Shown here piece by piece: positions 20,385-29,312 of a stretch of 64,000 nt of DNA. Position 1 is the first letter of the stretch, and every line of letters begins with the position of its first letter. The stretch is from Phycisphaeraceae bacterium. GTDB taxonomy: Bacteria; Planctomycetota; Phycisphaerae; Phycisphaerales; Zrk34. The stretch is taken from contig JBBDRF010000005.1 in NCBI GenBank assembly GCA_040905565.1, positions 64,001 through 128,000 of the forward strand. Reading direction: 5' to 3'. Position numbers and translations under genes: made by a program. The notes under the pieces are model-generated. The model saw only the letters and a program-made list of their open reading frames with translations, was not told the origin of the DNA and searched no databases.

Positions 20385-21992
20385 ATGACTGTCCCAATGA
20401 CCGCAGCCCCGAATCGAAACGACGACGTGCGTGACGCGGAAAGCATCATCGTGATCGGCGGCGGCCTCGCGGGCCTTGCGTCGGCCTGCACCCTCGCCGC
20501 CCGCGGCTATGCCGTGACGCTCCTTGAGAAGAACGCGTGGCTGGGCGGGAAGGCCGCTCCGCTTGCCGAGGCGGGGTTCCGCTTCGACATGGGCCCGACG
20601 ATTCTCACGATGCCGAAAATGTTACGCCGGATTTTCGCGGAAGCCGGCCGCGACATGAACGCCTCGCTCACGCTGCATCGGCTCGATCCGCAGTGGCGCT
20701 GCTTTTTTGATGATGGTGCGGTGCTCGACCTCCGCGAGCAGACGAAAACCATGCAGCAGGAACTCACACGCTTCGGCCTCGACGCCCGCCAGACCAGACA
20801 GTACGAAGCGTTCATCCGCTACGCCGAACGGCTGCACGATATCTCCGAGCGGTTCTTTTTCTACAAGCCGATCGGTTCCATCCGCGACATGATGGACCCC
20901 GGCCGCTCGTTTAACGCCCGCACGCTGAGCGACGTGATCAGCATGCGCATGGGCCACAGCGTGGCGGGCACGATCCGCAAGTACATCGGCGACGACCGCG
21001 TCGCACAGATGCTCGATCACATCACGCAATACGTCGGCTCCTCGCCTTACAACGCCCCCGCCATCCTGTGCGGCATCGCCAGCATGCAGGTCAACGAGGG
21101 CATCTGGTATCCGCAGGGCGGGACGCGGGCGGTGCCTGAAGCGCTGATCGATCTGGCGGTTTCGCTTGGCGTGGACCTGCGTACAGGTGTCGGCGTCGAC
21201 CGCATCCTCAGCAGCGGCGGGCGGGTGACGGGCGTGGTGACCGATGATGGCCAGACGCAGCCGTGCGCTGCGGTGGTGTCGAATATGGACGCGGTGCGCA
21301 CGATGCGGGAACTGGTAAACGGGCATAAGCATAACGGCGACCATCAGCTCGGCCGCGACGCCTACAGCGGCTACCAACCCGCGTGCAGCGGCGTCGTGCT
21401 GTACCTCGGACTCAGCGAGCGTTACGAGCATCTGGCGCATCACGACTTCGTTTTCAGCCGCGATCCGAAAGAGGAGTTCGACACCATCTATCGTCGTGGC
21501 GAGCCGGCCCCGGATCCCACCTGCTATCTCGCCGCCACCAGTTGCACTGATCCCGAAACCGCGCCGCCCGGCGGGGAAGCGTTATACGTTCTCGTGCACA
21601 CGCCCTACCTTCGGCCACACCACGACTGGCGGATGATGCTGCCTGACTACCGCGAGATCATTCTGGACAAACTGGAACGAACCGGCGGCCTTCGAGGGAT
21701 CCGCGATCGCATCGTGTTCGAGCGGACGCTGACGCCACAGGACATTCACGATCGCTACCGCGTTCTGAACGGCGCGATCTACGGCCTCGCCAGCCACGGG
21801 AAGTGGACGGGTGCGTTCAAACCGAGCAATCGCAGCAGCGCCTTGAAGGGGCTTTACCTCGCCGGCGGTGCAGCTCACCCCGGCCCGGGGATGCCGATGG
21901 TGCTGCAATCGGGTTGGATTGCAGCGGATGCTCTGGACCAGGACGGCGTCGCACAGCGTCATCGGGCGCCGGTCGTTCAGGCTGGAGGATGA
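20385..21992 (+). CDS. crtP: Diapolycopene/diaponeurosporene oxygenase (CrtP/CrtNb-like)
   Basis: GGGLAG, FDMGPTILT, QYVGSSP, GAIYGLASHG, GGAAHPGPGMPMV; second CrtI-family paralogue in the cluster. Confidence 0.82.
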   Translation: MTVPMTAAPNRNDDVRDAESIIVIGGGLAGLASACTLAARGYAVTLLEKNAWLGGKAAPLAEAGFRFDMGPTILTMPKMLRRIFAEAGRDMNASLTLHRLDPQWRCFFDDGAVLDLREQTKTMQQELTRFGLDARQTRQYEAFIRYAERLHDISERFFFYKPIGSIRDMMDPGRSFNARTLSDVISMRMGHSVAGTIRKYIGDDRVAQMLDHITQYVGSSPYNAPAILCGIASMQVNEGIWYPQGGTRAVPEALIDLAVSLGVDLRTGVGVDRILSSGGRVTGVVTDDGQTQPCAAVVSNMDAVRTMRELVNGHKHNGDHQLGRDAYSGYQPACSGVVLYLGLSERYEHLAHHDFVFSRDPKEEFDTIYRRGEPAPDPTCYLAATSCTDPETAPPGGEALYVLVHTPYLRPHHDWRMMLPDYREIILDKLERTGGLRGIRDRIVFERTLTPQDIHDRYRVLNGAIYGLASHGKWTGAFKPSNRSSALKGLYLAGGAAHPGPGMPMVLQSGWIAADALDQDGVAQRHRAPVVQAGG

Positions 21993-22828
21993 ATGTGATG
22001 ACCGACGCGGATCGCAAGCAAGAGGGTGACCTGCCGCGGAACTCGCCGCGGCTGCTGTCGCTATTTGCGCGCTATGTGCGTCGGTACGTCGGCAAACATT
22101 TCAATGCAGTGCGTGTGCTGAGTGGCACCGAACCTGAATTGCCGAAGGATTCGCCCGTTGTGTTTTATGTGAATCATCCGGGGTGGTGGGATCCGCTGAT
22201 GATGATTCTGCTGGCGACGGCGCGTTACCCGGAGCGGCAGCACTATGCGCCATTCGATGCGGCCATGCTACGGAAGTACGCGTTCTTCGAGCGGCTGGGT
22301 TTCTTCGGTGTTGAACAGGAAACGCGGCGTGGCGCGGCTCGGCTCCTTCGCGCTGCCGATGCAATCATGCAGCAGCCCGGGGCGACACTGTGGATCACCG
22401 CGGAAGGAAGATTCACCGATGTGCGCGACCGGCCGATCGTTCTGCGTCCCGGTCTGGCGCACATTGCCAGGCGGATGCCGCACGGCTACATCGTCCCTCT
22501 CGCCCTCGAATACACGTTCTGGGAAGAAAGCACACCCGAGGCGCTCATCGCCTTCGGCGAGCCGATCGACGTCGCTCACGCCGATGCCGACCGCGATGTG
22601 GAAGTGTGGCAGGACCTCCTACAGCAGCGGCTTGAGCACGTGATGGCTCGCCTGGCCGAGGCGGCCTCTTCACGGCGGGCGGATGCCTTCGAACGCCTCA
22701 TTGCAGGCAGGCAGGGCGTGGGCGGAATCTACGACTTATGGCGGCGATTGAAGTTCTGGAGCCGCGGCCGACGCTTCGACCCCTCTCATTCAGGCCGACC
22801 GGCACCGGCGGAAGGACGCAAACCGTGA
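21989..22828 (+). CDS. PlsC-type acyltransferase (probable carotenoid glycoside acyltransferase)
   Basis: NHPGWWD (HX4D), WITAEG, PLALEY; ATGA overlap with the upstream gene. Confidence 0.8.
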   Translation: MNVMTDADRKQEGDLPRNSPRLLSLFARYVRRYVGKHFNAVRVLSGTEPELPKDSPVVFYVNHPGWWDPLMMILLATARYPERQHYAPFDAAMLRKYAFFERLGFFGVEQETRRGAARLLRAADAIMQQPGATLWITAEGRFTDVRDRPIVLRPGLAHIARRMPHGYIVPLALEYTFWEESTPEALIAFGEPIDVAHADADRDVEVWQDLLQQRLEHVMARLAEAASSRRADAFERLIAGRQGVGGIYDLWRRLKFWSRGRRFDPSHSGRPAPAEGRKP

Positions 22829-23991
22829 TGAGTTGGATCGTCCTCAGCAGCCTCGTCTTCGTCCTCGCGGTCATCCCCGCGTCGATGATCGCCGTGAACC
22901 TCTTCTACTTCCGGCGCGCGCCGCAGTCGGGACCTGCCGAAGACGACGCCCCCCCCGCCGCCGTCTCGGTGCTTATCCCGGCTCGCAACGAAGCGGACAG
23001 CATCGGCGCGTGCCTTGAACATGTGCTTGCCAGCGAAGGCGTTGAGCTGGAAGTGATCGTCATGAACGACCGCTCGACTGATGCCACCGCCGAGGTGGTG
23101 CGCAAGATCGCCGCTGACGATGCGCGCGTCAAACTGCTCGACGCCCCCGCCCTGCCGCCGGGTTGGTGTGGCAAGCAGCACGCCTGCCACAACCTCGCGC
23201 AGCTCGCCCGGCACGACCGCTTGGTCTGGATTGATGCCGACGTTCGGCTGAGCCCCACGGCCCTCGCACGCACCGCTGCGTTCATGGCGCGAACCGGTGC
23301 CCCGCTCGTCAGCGGCTTTCCCCATCAGGTCTGCCGCACGTGGTCCGAAGCACTGGTCGTCCCGCTGATTCAGCTGGTGCTTCTGGGCTATCTGCCGCTG
23401 GGACAGATGCGAAAGAGCGTCTCGCCAAGTTTTGCTGCCGGTTGCGGCCAACTGTTCATGGCGGACCGCGCAACTTACGAGAAGCTCGGCGGACACGGCA
23501 CGATTCGCGCCACGCTGCACGACGGCATCATGCTCCCGCGCGCCTTTCGGCTGGCGGGACACCACACGGATGTGTTCGATGCTCAGGACATCGCACGCTG
23601 TCGCATGTACCACTCGCCTCGGACCGTGTGGGACGGCTTCGCCAAGAATGCCACGGAAGGCCTCGCCACGCCGATCGGGATCTGGGTGTGGACGTTGCTG
23701 CTGTTCGGCGGGCATGTGCTGCCCTGGCTTCACGCAGCGATTGTGCTGGCCGTCCAACCCGAAGCGGCGGCGGGCGGCGCGGGCATCGTCGCCGTGCTGA
23801 CCGCGTCGGCGGTGCTTCTTGCCGTCGCAAGCAACATGATGATTGGATGGCGTTTTCAGCAGCCCTGGATAAGCGTCCTGCTACGCCCCCTCGGCGTGAT
23901 GATCATGCTCGCCATTCAATGGTACGCCTACCTTCGCAACATGGTCGGTCAGCCCGTGAGCTGGCGCGGCCGAGACTATGCCGCCGAGTAA
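22828..23991 (+). CDS. crtQ: GT2 glycosyltransferase (CrtQ-like)
   Basis: VSVLIPARNE, DRSTD, GWCGKQHAC, DAD, CRMY, terminal WRGR; TGATG overlap. Confidence 0.8.
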   Translation: MSWIVLSSLVFVLAVIPASMIAVNLFYFRRAPQSGPAEDDAPPAAVSVLIPARNEADSIGACLEHVLASEGVELEVIVMNDRSTDATAEVVRKIAADDARVKLLDAPALPPGWCGKQHACHNLAQLARHDRLVWIDADVRLSPTALARTAAFMARTGAPLVSGFPHQVCRTWSEALVVPLIQLVLLGYLPLGQMRKSVSPSFAAGCGQLFMADRATYEKLGGHGTIRATLHDGIMLPRAFRLAGHHTDVFDAQDIARCRMYHSPRTVWDGFAKNATEGLATPIGIWVWTLLLFGGHVLPWLHAAIVLAVQPEAAAGGAGIVAVLTASAVLLAVASNMMIGWRFQQPWISVLLRPLGVMIMLAIQWYAYLRNMVGQPVSWRGRDYAAE

Positions 23992-23997
23992 ACCATC

Positions 23998-24252
23998 ATG
24001 CGACACGAAACAACGTCCTCACCTCGCACCTGCAACATCGATTCACGCGGCCGAGCCGTTCGCCTCGTCTCCGGCATCCTTACGGTCCTCGTCGCGATCG
24101 GCCTCGCCATCGCCCTGCTCGTGGGGTATCTCGCATCACCGGCATGGTGGGCCTTGGCGCTCGGCGCCCTGATCGGCGGGGCCTTTCAGATTTACGAAGG
24201 ATGGGCCGGCTGGTGCGCCCTGCGTGCTATGGGCATCCGTACCCCGTTCTGA
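23998..24252 (+). CDS. Small membrane protein, DUF2892/YgaP-like
   Basis: CNID..GRAVR, two TM helices, GWCALRAMGIRT ending. Confidence 0.7.
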   Translation: MRHETTSSPRTCNIDSRGRAVRLVSGILTVLVAIGLAIALLVGYLASPAWWALALGALIGGAFQIYEGWAGWCALRAMGIRTPF

Positions 24253-24255
24253 GCA

Positions 24256-24810
24256 TCACGCCCCCGCCGCGCGACGAATGGTTATCGCTGAACCTAACTC
24301 GCCCCCAAGCAGATCGGACAGACAGCCTTGGCGATAAGCGAAAATCTCACGCACCCGCTGATTCACGAACAGCCGATGCACCAGGTGCCGCAGCGCCCTT
24401 GGGCCGCGGGTGAGGAATTGGACCCGATCGTACATGATGGTCTGCCCCCCTTCCTCAACGAGTCGATGTTCATGCACCCAGCAGCGGTACGGCCCCGCAA
24501 CCTGTTCATCCACGAACCGGTGCGGCGGCTGCCACTGTGTGATCCGCGTCAGCCAGTTGATGGGGACGTGATGCAGACGCAGGCGGTAGGCGATCTGCGC
24601 CCCTTCGCGCACGTCGATCGGCAACGGCGTCAGGATTCGAAAGTCCAGCCAAGGCGGCGTGATGCGGCCAAGGTTCGAGGGATCGCTGAAGAACTCGAAA
24701 AGCTCCCCACGCGACCGCGAGAACCGCTGCGAAGTTTCCAGCACGTAGCATTCGGGATCGATCGAGGGAGCCGGAGCGGCCTGACCCGTGTTGGCTTGTT
24801 TTCCTTTCAC
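24256..24810 (-). CDS. SRPBCC (START-like) family protein
   Basis: FEFFSDPSNLGRITPPWL, RFVDEQVAGPY..WVHEH, IFAYR. Confidence 0.85.
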   Translation of the reverse strand: MKGKQANTGQAAPAPSIDPECYVLETSQRFSRSRGELFEFFSDPSNLGRITPPWLDFRILTPLPIDVREGAQIAYRLRLHHVPINWLTRITQWQPPHRFVDEQVAGPYRCWVHEHRLVEEGGQTIMYDRVQFLTRGPRALRHLVHRLFVNQRVREIFAYRQGCLSDLLGGELGSAITIRRAAGA

Positions 24811-24866
24811 GCCTACATCCTATCCCTAGCGGCCGCACGATCCCGCACGGCGTGGAGGGCAGCGTG

Positions 24867-25775
24867 ATGCCCCACCTTTCGCCGAAACAGTTCGCACGAG
24901 CGATCGGCGTGAGCGAATCGTCGCTCAAACGCTGGAGCGACGCCGGCCGCATCATCGTCATGCGCACGCCGGGCGGCCACCGGCGCATCGAACAGCGCGA
25001 AGCGATCCGCTTCGTGCGTGAAGAAGGCATGCCCCTGACAGACCCAACCCTCCTCGGACTCAGCGACCTCGCCGGCGACGCCACGCAAAGCCTAGCCCAC
25101 CCAAATCCTGGTGACGCCCTGCGCGAAGCCGTCATTCGTGGCGACGCCGAGACCGTGCGATCGCTCGCACTGCTGATGTATCTGGACGGCTGGTCCGTCG
25201 TCGACATGTGCGACGGCCCGTTCGCCGAGGCCATGCATGAGGTCGGCGACCGATGGGCACACGATCCGCAGACAATTCACCTCGAGCACCGCGCCACGGA
25301 TGTCTGCCTTCAGGGCCTGGAACGATTGCGATCGATCATGCCTCCGCCCCCCGACGAGGCACCGCTTGCACTCGGCGGCGCCCCCGCAGGCGATCCATAC
25401 CTTCTGCCGTCGATGATGGCGGCGCTGGCCCTGGCCTCCGACAAATGGCGCACGATTAATCTTGGTCCAGATCTGCCGCTGGCAGCACTGGAGCGAGCGA
25501 TCGCGGAGCACAAACCGAAGCTGGTATGGCTGTCGGTGAGTTCCGAGACGGCGGGGCAGAATCTTGCGACGGAACTCACCACGCTGGCGGCAAAGCGCAT
25601 CCCGCAGGGGCCGGCGATCATCGTCGGCGGCCGAGCATGGCACCGGCCGAGACACGCGTTGCCTGGCATCAGCTCCGCCGCTTCCATGGCGGAACTGATC
25701 GCATTCGCCAACGGACTGAGGCAGGGCCCGGGCAACGCCGGCCGCCGCTCAAACATCCCGCCGATGATCCCGTGA
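24867..25775 (+). CDS. MerR/excisionase-type HTH + cobalamin-binding-fold regulator (CarH/LitR-like)
   Basis: GVSESSLKRW, RTPGGHRR; W-x9-EH; C-terminal Rossmann domain (INLGPDLP, LVWLS, IVGG). Confidence 0.8.
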   Translation: MPHLSPKQFARAIGVSESSLKRWSDAGRIIVMRTPGGHRRIEQREAIRFVREEGMPLTDPTLLGLSDLAGDATQSLAHPNPGDALREAVIRGDAETVRSLALLMYLDGWSVVDMCDGPFAEAMHEVGDRWAHDPQTIHLEHRATDVCLQGLERLRSIMPPPPDEAPLALGGAPAGDPYLLPSMMAALALASDKWRTINLGPDLPLAALERAIAEHKPKLVWLSVSSETAGQNLATELTTLAAKRIPQGPAIIVGGRAWHRPRHALPGISSAASMAELIAFANGLRQGPGNAGRRSNIPPMIP

Positions 25776-25779
25776 GCCT

Positions 25780-27471
25780 TTAACTCCGCGTCAGCTTCCG
25801 ATACTTGATGCGGTGCGGGCGGTCGGCCTCGGACCCCATCCGCCGGCGATGATCCGCTTCGTACTCCGAGTAGTTGCCCTGGAAGTAGACGACCGAACTG
25901 TCGCCCTCGAACGCGAGAATGTGCGAAGCGATCCGGTCCAAAAACCAACGATCATGGCTGATGACCACGGCACACCCAGCGAACTGCTCGAGCGCATCTT
26001 CCAGCGCACGAATGGTGTTCACATCAAGATCGTTCGTCGGCTCATCGAGCAGCAGCACGTTCGCACCGCTCTTGAGCATGCGCGCCAGCTGGACGCGGTT
26101 GCGCTCGCCGCCTGAGAGATTGCCGACCGATTTCTGCTGATCCTGACCGGTGAAACCGAACCGTGCGACGTAGGCCCGGCTGTTGAGGGTCATGTTCCCG
26201 AGCTTGAGTTCGGGCTTGCCGTCGGTGATGGCTTCCCAGATGTTGTCGGTGGTGCCGAGTGCGTCACGGGTCTGCTCAGCATGGGCGAGTTCGACGGTTT
26301 CGCCGACGCGGATGGTGCCGCTGTCGGGCTGTTCTTCGCCGGTGATCATGCGGAACAGGGTCGTCTTGCCCGCGCCATTGGGGCCGATGACGCCGACGAT
26401 GCCGCCGGGCGGCAGCTCGAAGCTCATGTCGCCCATCAGCATGCGATCGTCGTAGCCCTTGCTGACGTTCTTCGCTTCGATGACGAGGTTGCCGAGCCTT
26501 GGGCCGGGCGGGATGAAGATTTCGACCTCGCTGGCCTTGCGATTCTCGTTCTCCGCCAGCAGAGCATCGTAGGATTTGAGCCGTGCTTTGCTCTTGGCCT
26601 GGCGTGCGCGGGGCGACTGGCGTATCCATTCAAGTTCGCGCTTAAGCGCCTTCTGGCGTGTCGACTCAGCCTTCTCTTCGATGGCGAGCCGTTCGCCCTT
26701 CTGCTCCAGCCATGAACTGTAATTGCCCTTCCACGGGATGCCGCGGCCGCGGTCGAGTTCGAGGATCCATCCCGCCACGTTGTCCAGGAAATAACGATCA
26801 TGGGTGACGGCAATGATGGTGCCGTCGTACTGCTGAAGGTGCTGTTCGAGCCAGCCGACCGACTCGGCATCGAGGTGGTTAGTCGGCTCATCCAGAAGCA
26901 AAATGTCGGGCTTCTGCAACAGCAGTCGACACAGGGCAACGCGGCGTTTCTCGCCTCCCGAAAGCGGCTTAATCAGCGCGTCGGCGGGCGGGCAGCGCAG
27001 GGCGTCCATCGCCATTTCAAGCTGCGATTGCAGGTCCCACGCGTTGCGCGTCTCCAGCTGTTCCTGCACCTCGCCCTGCCGTTCGAGCAACTGCGTCATC
27101 TTGTCGTCGTCCATCGGCTCCGCGAACGCGTCGCTGATGGCTTCGAACTCCTTCACCAGGTCCAGCGTTTCCTGCACGCCCTGCTCGACAACCTGCTGCA
27201 CGGTGAGTGTGTCATCAAGCTGCGGCTCCTGCTCGAGGTAGCCGACGGTGTAGCCGGGCGTGATCTGAATCTTGCCGTCATACTGCTTGTCAACGCCGGC
27301 GAGGATTCGCAGCAAGCTGGACTTGCCCGAACCGTTCAGCCCGAGCACACCAATCTTCGCACCGTAGAAGTAGGACAGGTCGATGTTCTCCAGAACCGTC
27401 TTCTTTTCATGGCGCTTCGTGACGCCGATCATGGAGTAGATGATTTTCTGTTCGTCTTTGCTGCTGCTCAT
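25780..27471 (-). CDS. ettA: ABC-F energy-dependent translational throttle protein EttA
   Basis: GAKIGVLGLNGSGKSS, LSGGEKRRVALC, ELDRGRGIPWKGNYSSWL, RQAKSKAR, terminal PHRIKYRKL. Confidence 0.96.
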   Translation of the reverse strand: MSSSKDEQKIIYSMIGVTKRHEKKTVLENIDLSYFYGAKIGVLGLNGSGKSSLLRILAGVDKQYDGKIQITPGYTVGYLEQEPQLDDTLTVQQVVEQGVQETLDLVKEFEAISDAFAEPMDDDKMTQLLERQGEVQEQLETRNAWDLQSQLEMAMDALRCPPADALIKPLSGGEKRRVALCRLLLQKPDILLLDEPTNHLDAESVGWLEQHLQQYDGTIIAVTHDRYFLDNVAGWILELDRGRGIPWKGNYSSWLEQKGERLAIEEKAESTRQKALKRELEWIRQSPRARQAKSKARLKSYDALLAENENRKASEVEIFIPPGPRLGNLVIEAKNVSKGYDDRMLMGDMSFELPPGGIVGVIGPNGAGKTTLFRMITGEEQPDSGTIRVGETVELAHAEQTRDALGTTDNIWEAITDGKPELKLGNMTLNSRAYVARFGFTGQDQQKSVGNLSGGERNRVQLARMLKSGANVLLLDEPTNDLDVNTIRALEDALEQFAGCAVVISHDRWFLDRIASHILAFEGDSSVVYFQGNYSEYEADHRRRMGSEADRPHRIKYRKLTRS

Positions 27472-27560
27472 AGATAGGCAAATTTCGTTGAATGCAATGA
27501 ATTGAAGGGACAAGAAGGAACGGAGGATTGTTGGTCAGCACATCCGACGCGTCAAGCGCC

Positions 27561-28091
27561 TCAGCTCGCGGGGGAGTCGGCTTGACGGCTCTGCGCGAGT
27601 GCTGCACGCCATTCGATGTAGCGGTACGGGAGGTTAAGGCGTTCGTGCAGGGCTCGCAGTTCATCGAGGAACTGCTCGTAGACGGCGTTCTGCCACGCTT
27701 GTGCCTCGGGATCGCAGAAGTAGATCCGGCAGCCGAGCGGCCGGACCGTGTGAACGCTGCAGAGTTTGTTCTGCTGGAAGGGGCAGCCCCCCGCGCCGCC
27801 GTCGCCGCCTTCGGCATCGAGCAGCATGGCGTGCGTGTCGTCGTGGAGCGTGCCGACAAGCCAGGCGACTTCGAGGCCGGTGACGTAAAGCAGATGACCA
27901 TAGCTATCGAAGTGACAACAACGGCCGCTGAGTTCGCAGACGCCGGGCTGCTCGGCGACCGCAGCATCCAACCGTTGATAGAGATCGCGCAGGGCGACAT
28001 CGACGGCGGAACTTCCGTGAACGGCCGCCAGCCACTGCTGCCAGCAGGCAGCCTGATCGTCGGTGAGCGTTTCAGGAAAGCGGTGTGGCAT
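27561..28091 (-). CDS. YkgJ-like cysteine-cluster protein
   Basis: CELSGRCC, CPF, CSVHTVRPLGCRIYFC. Confidence 0.8.
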   Translation of the reverse strand: MPHRFPETLTDDQAACWQQWLAAVHGSSAVDVALRDLYQRLDAAVAEQPGVCELSGRCCHFDSYGHLLYVTGLEVAWLVGTLHDDTHAMLLDAEGGDGGAGGCPFQQNKLCSVHTVRPLGCRIYFCDPEAQAWQNAVYEQFLDELRALHERLNLPYRYIEWRAALAQSRQADSPAS

Positions 28092-28542
28092 CGCGCAGAA
28101 TCCGAATCTTTTCGATGGGGAAAAACTCACCCTGCTCGTTATTTCCCGCGCCCATGCCGGGGCAGGTTTTCGAAGCTGCCTGCCAGTTCTTTTTGCTCCG
28201 CAGGTTCTCAGGCCAGAACGGCCAGGTGCGACACTGCTGCGGCCGAACGGGGTAGATCGAACAGCCACGCTTGCCGGTCTCTTCGTCGGTCTTGAGGAAG
28301 ATGCAGTCGTAGCCGTGCTCGCGTTTGACCTCGTTAAGCGTCCAACGGCCTTCAAGCTGGCGTGCGTACTGGGTTAGAAACTCGTGGGGCAGAATCTTCA
28401 GGTAGCCGGCCATGGCTTTGAGTTCGTCATAGTGGAACCAGACGTAGCCCGAGGGCCCGGTGCAGCAGTTGCCGCACTGGGTGCAGGTGAAGTGCATGCC
28501 GTCGCGATACCATTCGTGCTTCTCAGCGTTCGTCCGAGCCAT
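28072..28542 (-). CDS. YkgJ family CxxCxxCC zinc/iron-chelating protein
   Basis: FTCTQCGNCC, CIFL, CSIYPVRPQQCRTWPFW, CPG. Confidence 0.88.
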   Translation of the reverse strand: MARTNAEKHEWYRDGMHFTCTQCGNCCTGPSGYVWFHYDELKAMAGYLKILPHEFLTQYARQLEGRWTLNEVKREHGYDCIFLKTDEETGKRGCSIYPVRPQQCRTWPFWPENLRSKKNWQAASKTCPGMGAGNNEQGEFFPIEKIRILRDATPLS

Positions 28543-28665
28543 CACATTCTCATCAAAAAAGGCGTTGACGCCGCGGCTTCGGACCGGGCGAATGCAGATC
28601 ATAGCCGGTCTGGCGGCCGACTTGCAGTTTGACCTTTGCCGCGGGTCGGGGAAGATGCTTCACAC

Positions 28666-29310
28666 ATGGCCTGGGACGTGGTGAAGATCGTGGAAGCCGT
28701 CGCTGAATCGCTTGAACGCGAGGCTGCGGCGCGCGATGCCGAACAGGCCGTCTACGGCATTGACGTGCTGGACGAGCTCGCGCTGCATCCGCTGATCCAG
28801 CGAGGGCTGCGTGAGGCGGAGTTCGGGGTCCACCCGGAGCAGGGCTACCCTTCAGACCGGCGCGTGCGACGGCGAAAGAGTCAAGGTAAACGGTGTGACA
28901 TCGTCCTCACCGCCCACGGCGCACCGCTGCTCGACCCCGAAGCGGAGCAGACGCTGTTCGGCGATGCCGATGCCGTCCCGCTCGATGCTGCCTATTGGCT
29001 GGAAGTGAAAACCGTCAGCCAGTTCACCATCGAAGGGCCGTTCGCCCGGTACAGCGCCGAGTTGCTTCAGCCGGTGACCAAAGACATCCGCAAGCTGGCG
29101 CAGGATCGGCTGATCTTCCACGCCGGCCTGCTGCTGGTGCTATTCACGGCGGACCCCATCGTCGCCACGCACGATCTGGGCGCCTGGGAACACCGGGCCC
29201 TTCAGCGCGGCTACCCCGTCGCCCCGCCCATCGTGCGCGACTTCGCCATCACCGATCGCATGGGCAATGCTCACGTCAGCGTAGCCCTGTTCGCGGTACG
29301 CCGGCTGTAG
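28666..29310 (+). CDS. Hypothetical protein, possible PD-(D/E)XK fold
   Basis: DE..LH, EQGYP, RCDIVL, WLEVK, DIRKL. Confidence 0.6.
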   Translation: MAWDVVKIVEAVAESLEREAAARDAEQAVYGIDVLDELALHPLIQRGLREAEFGVHPEQGYPSDRRVRRRKSQGKRCDIVLTAHGAPLLDPEAEQTLFGDADAVPLDAAYWLEVKTVSQFTIEGPFARYSAELLQPVTKDIRKLAQDRLIFHAGLLLVLFTADPIVATHDLGAWEHRALQRGYPVAPPIVRDFAITDRMGNAHVSVALFAVRRL

Positions 29311-29312
29311 CC

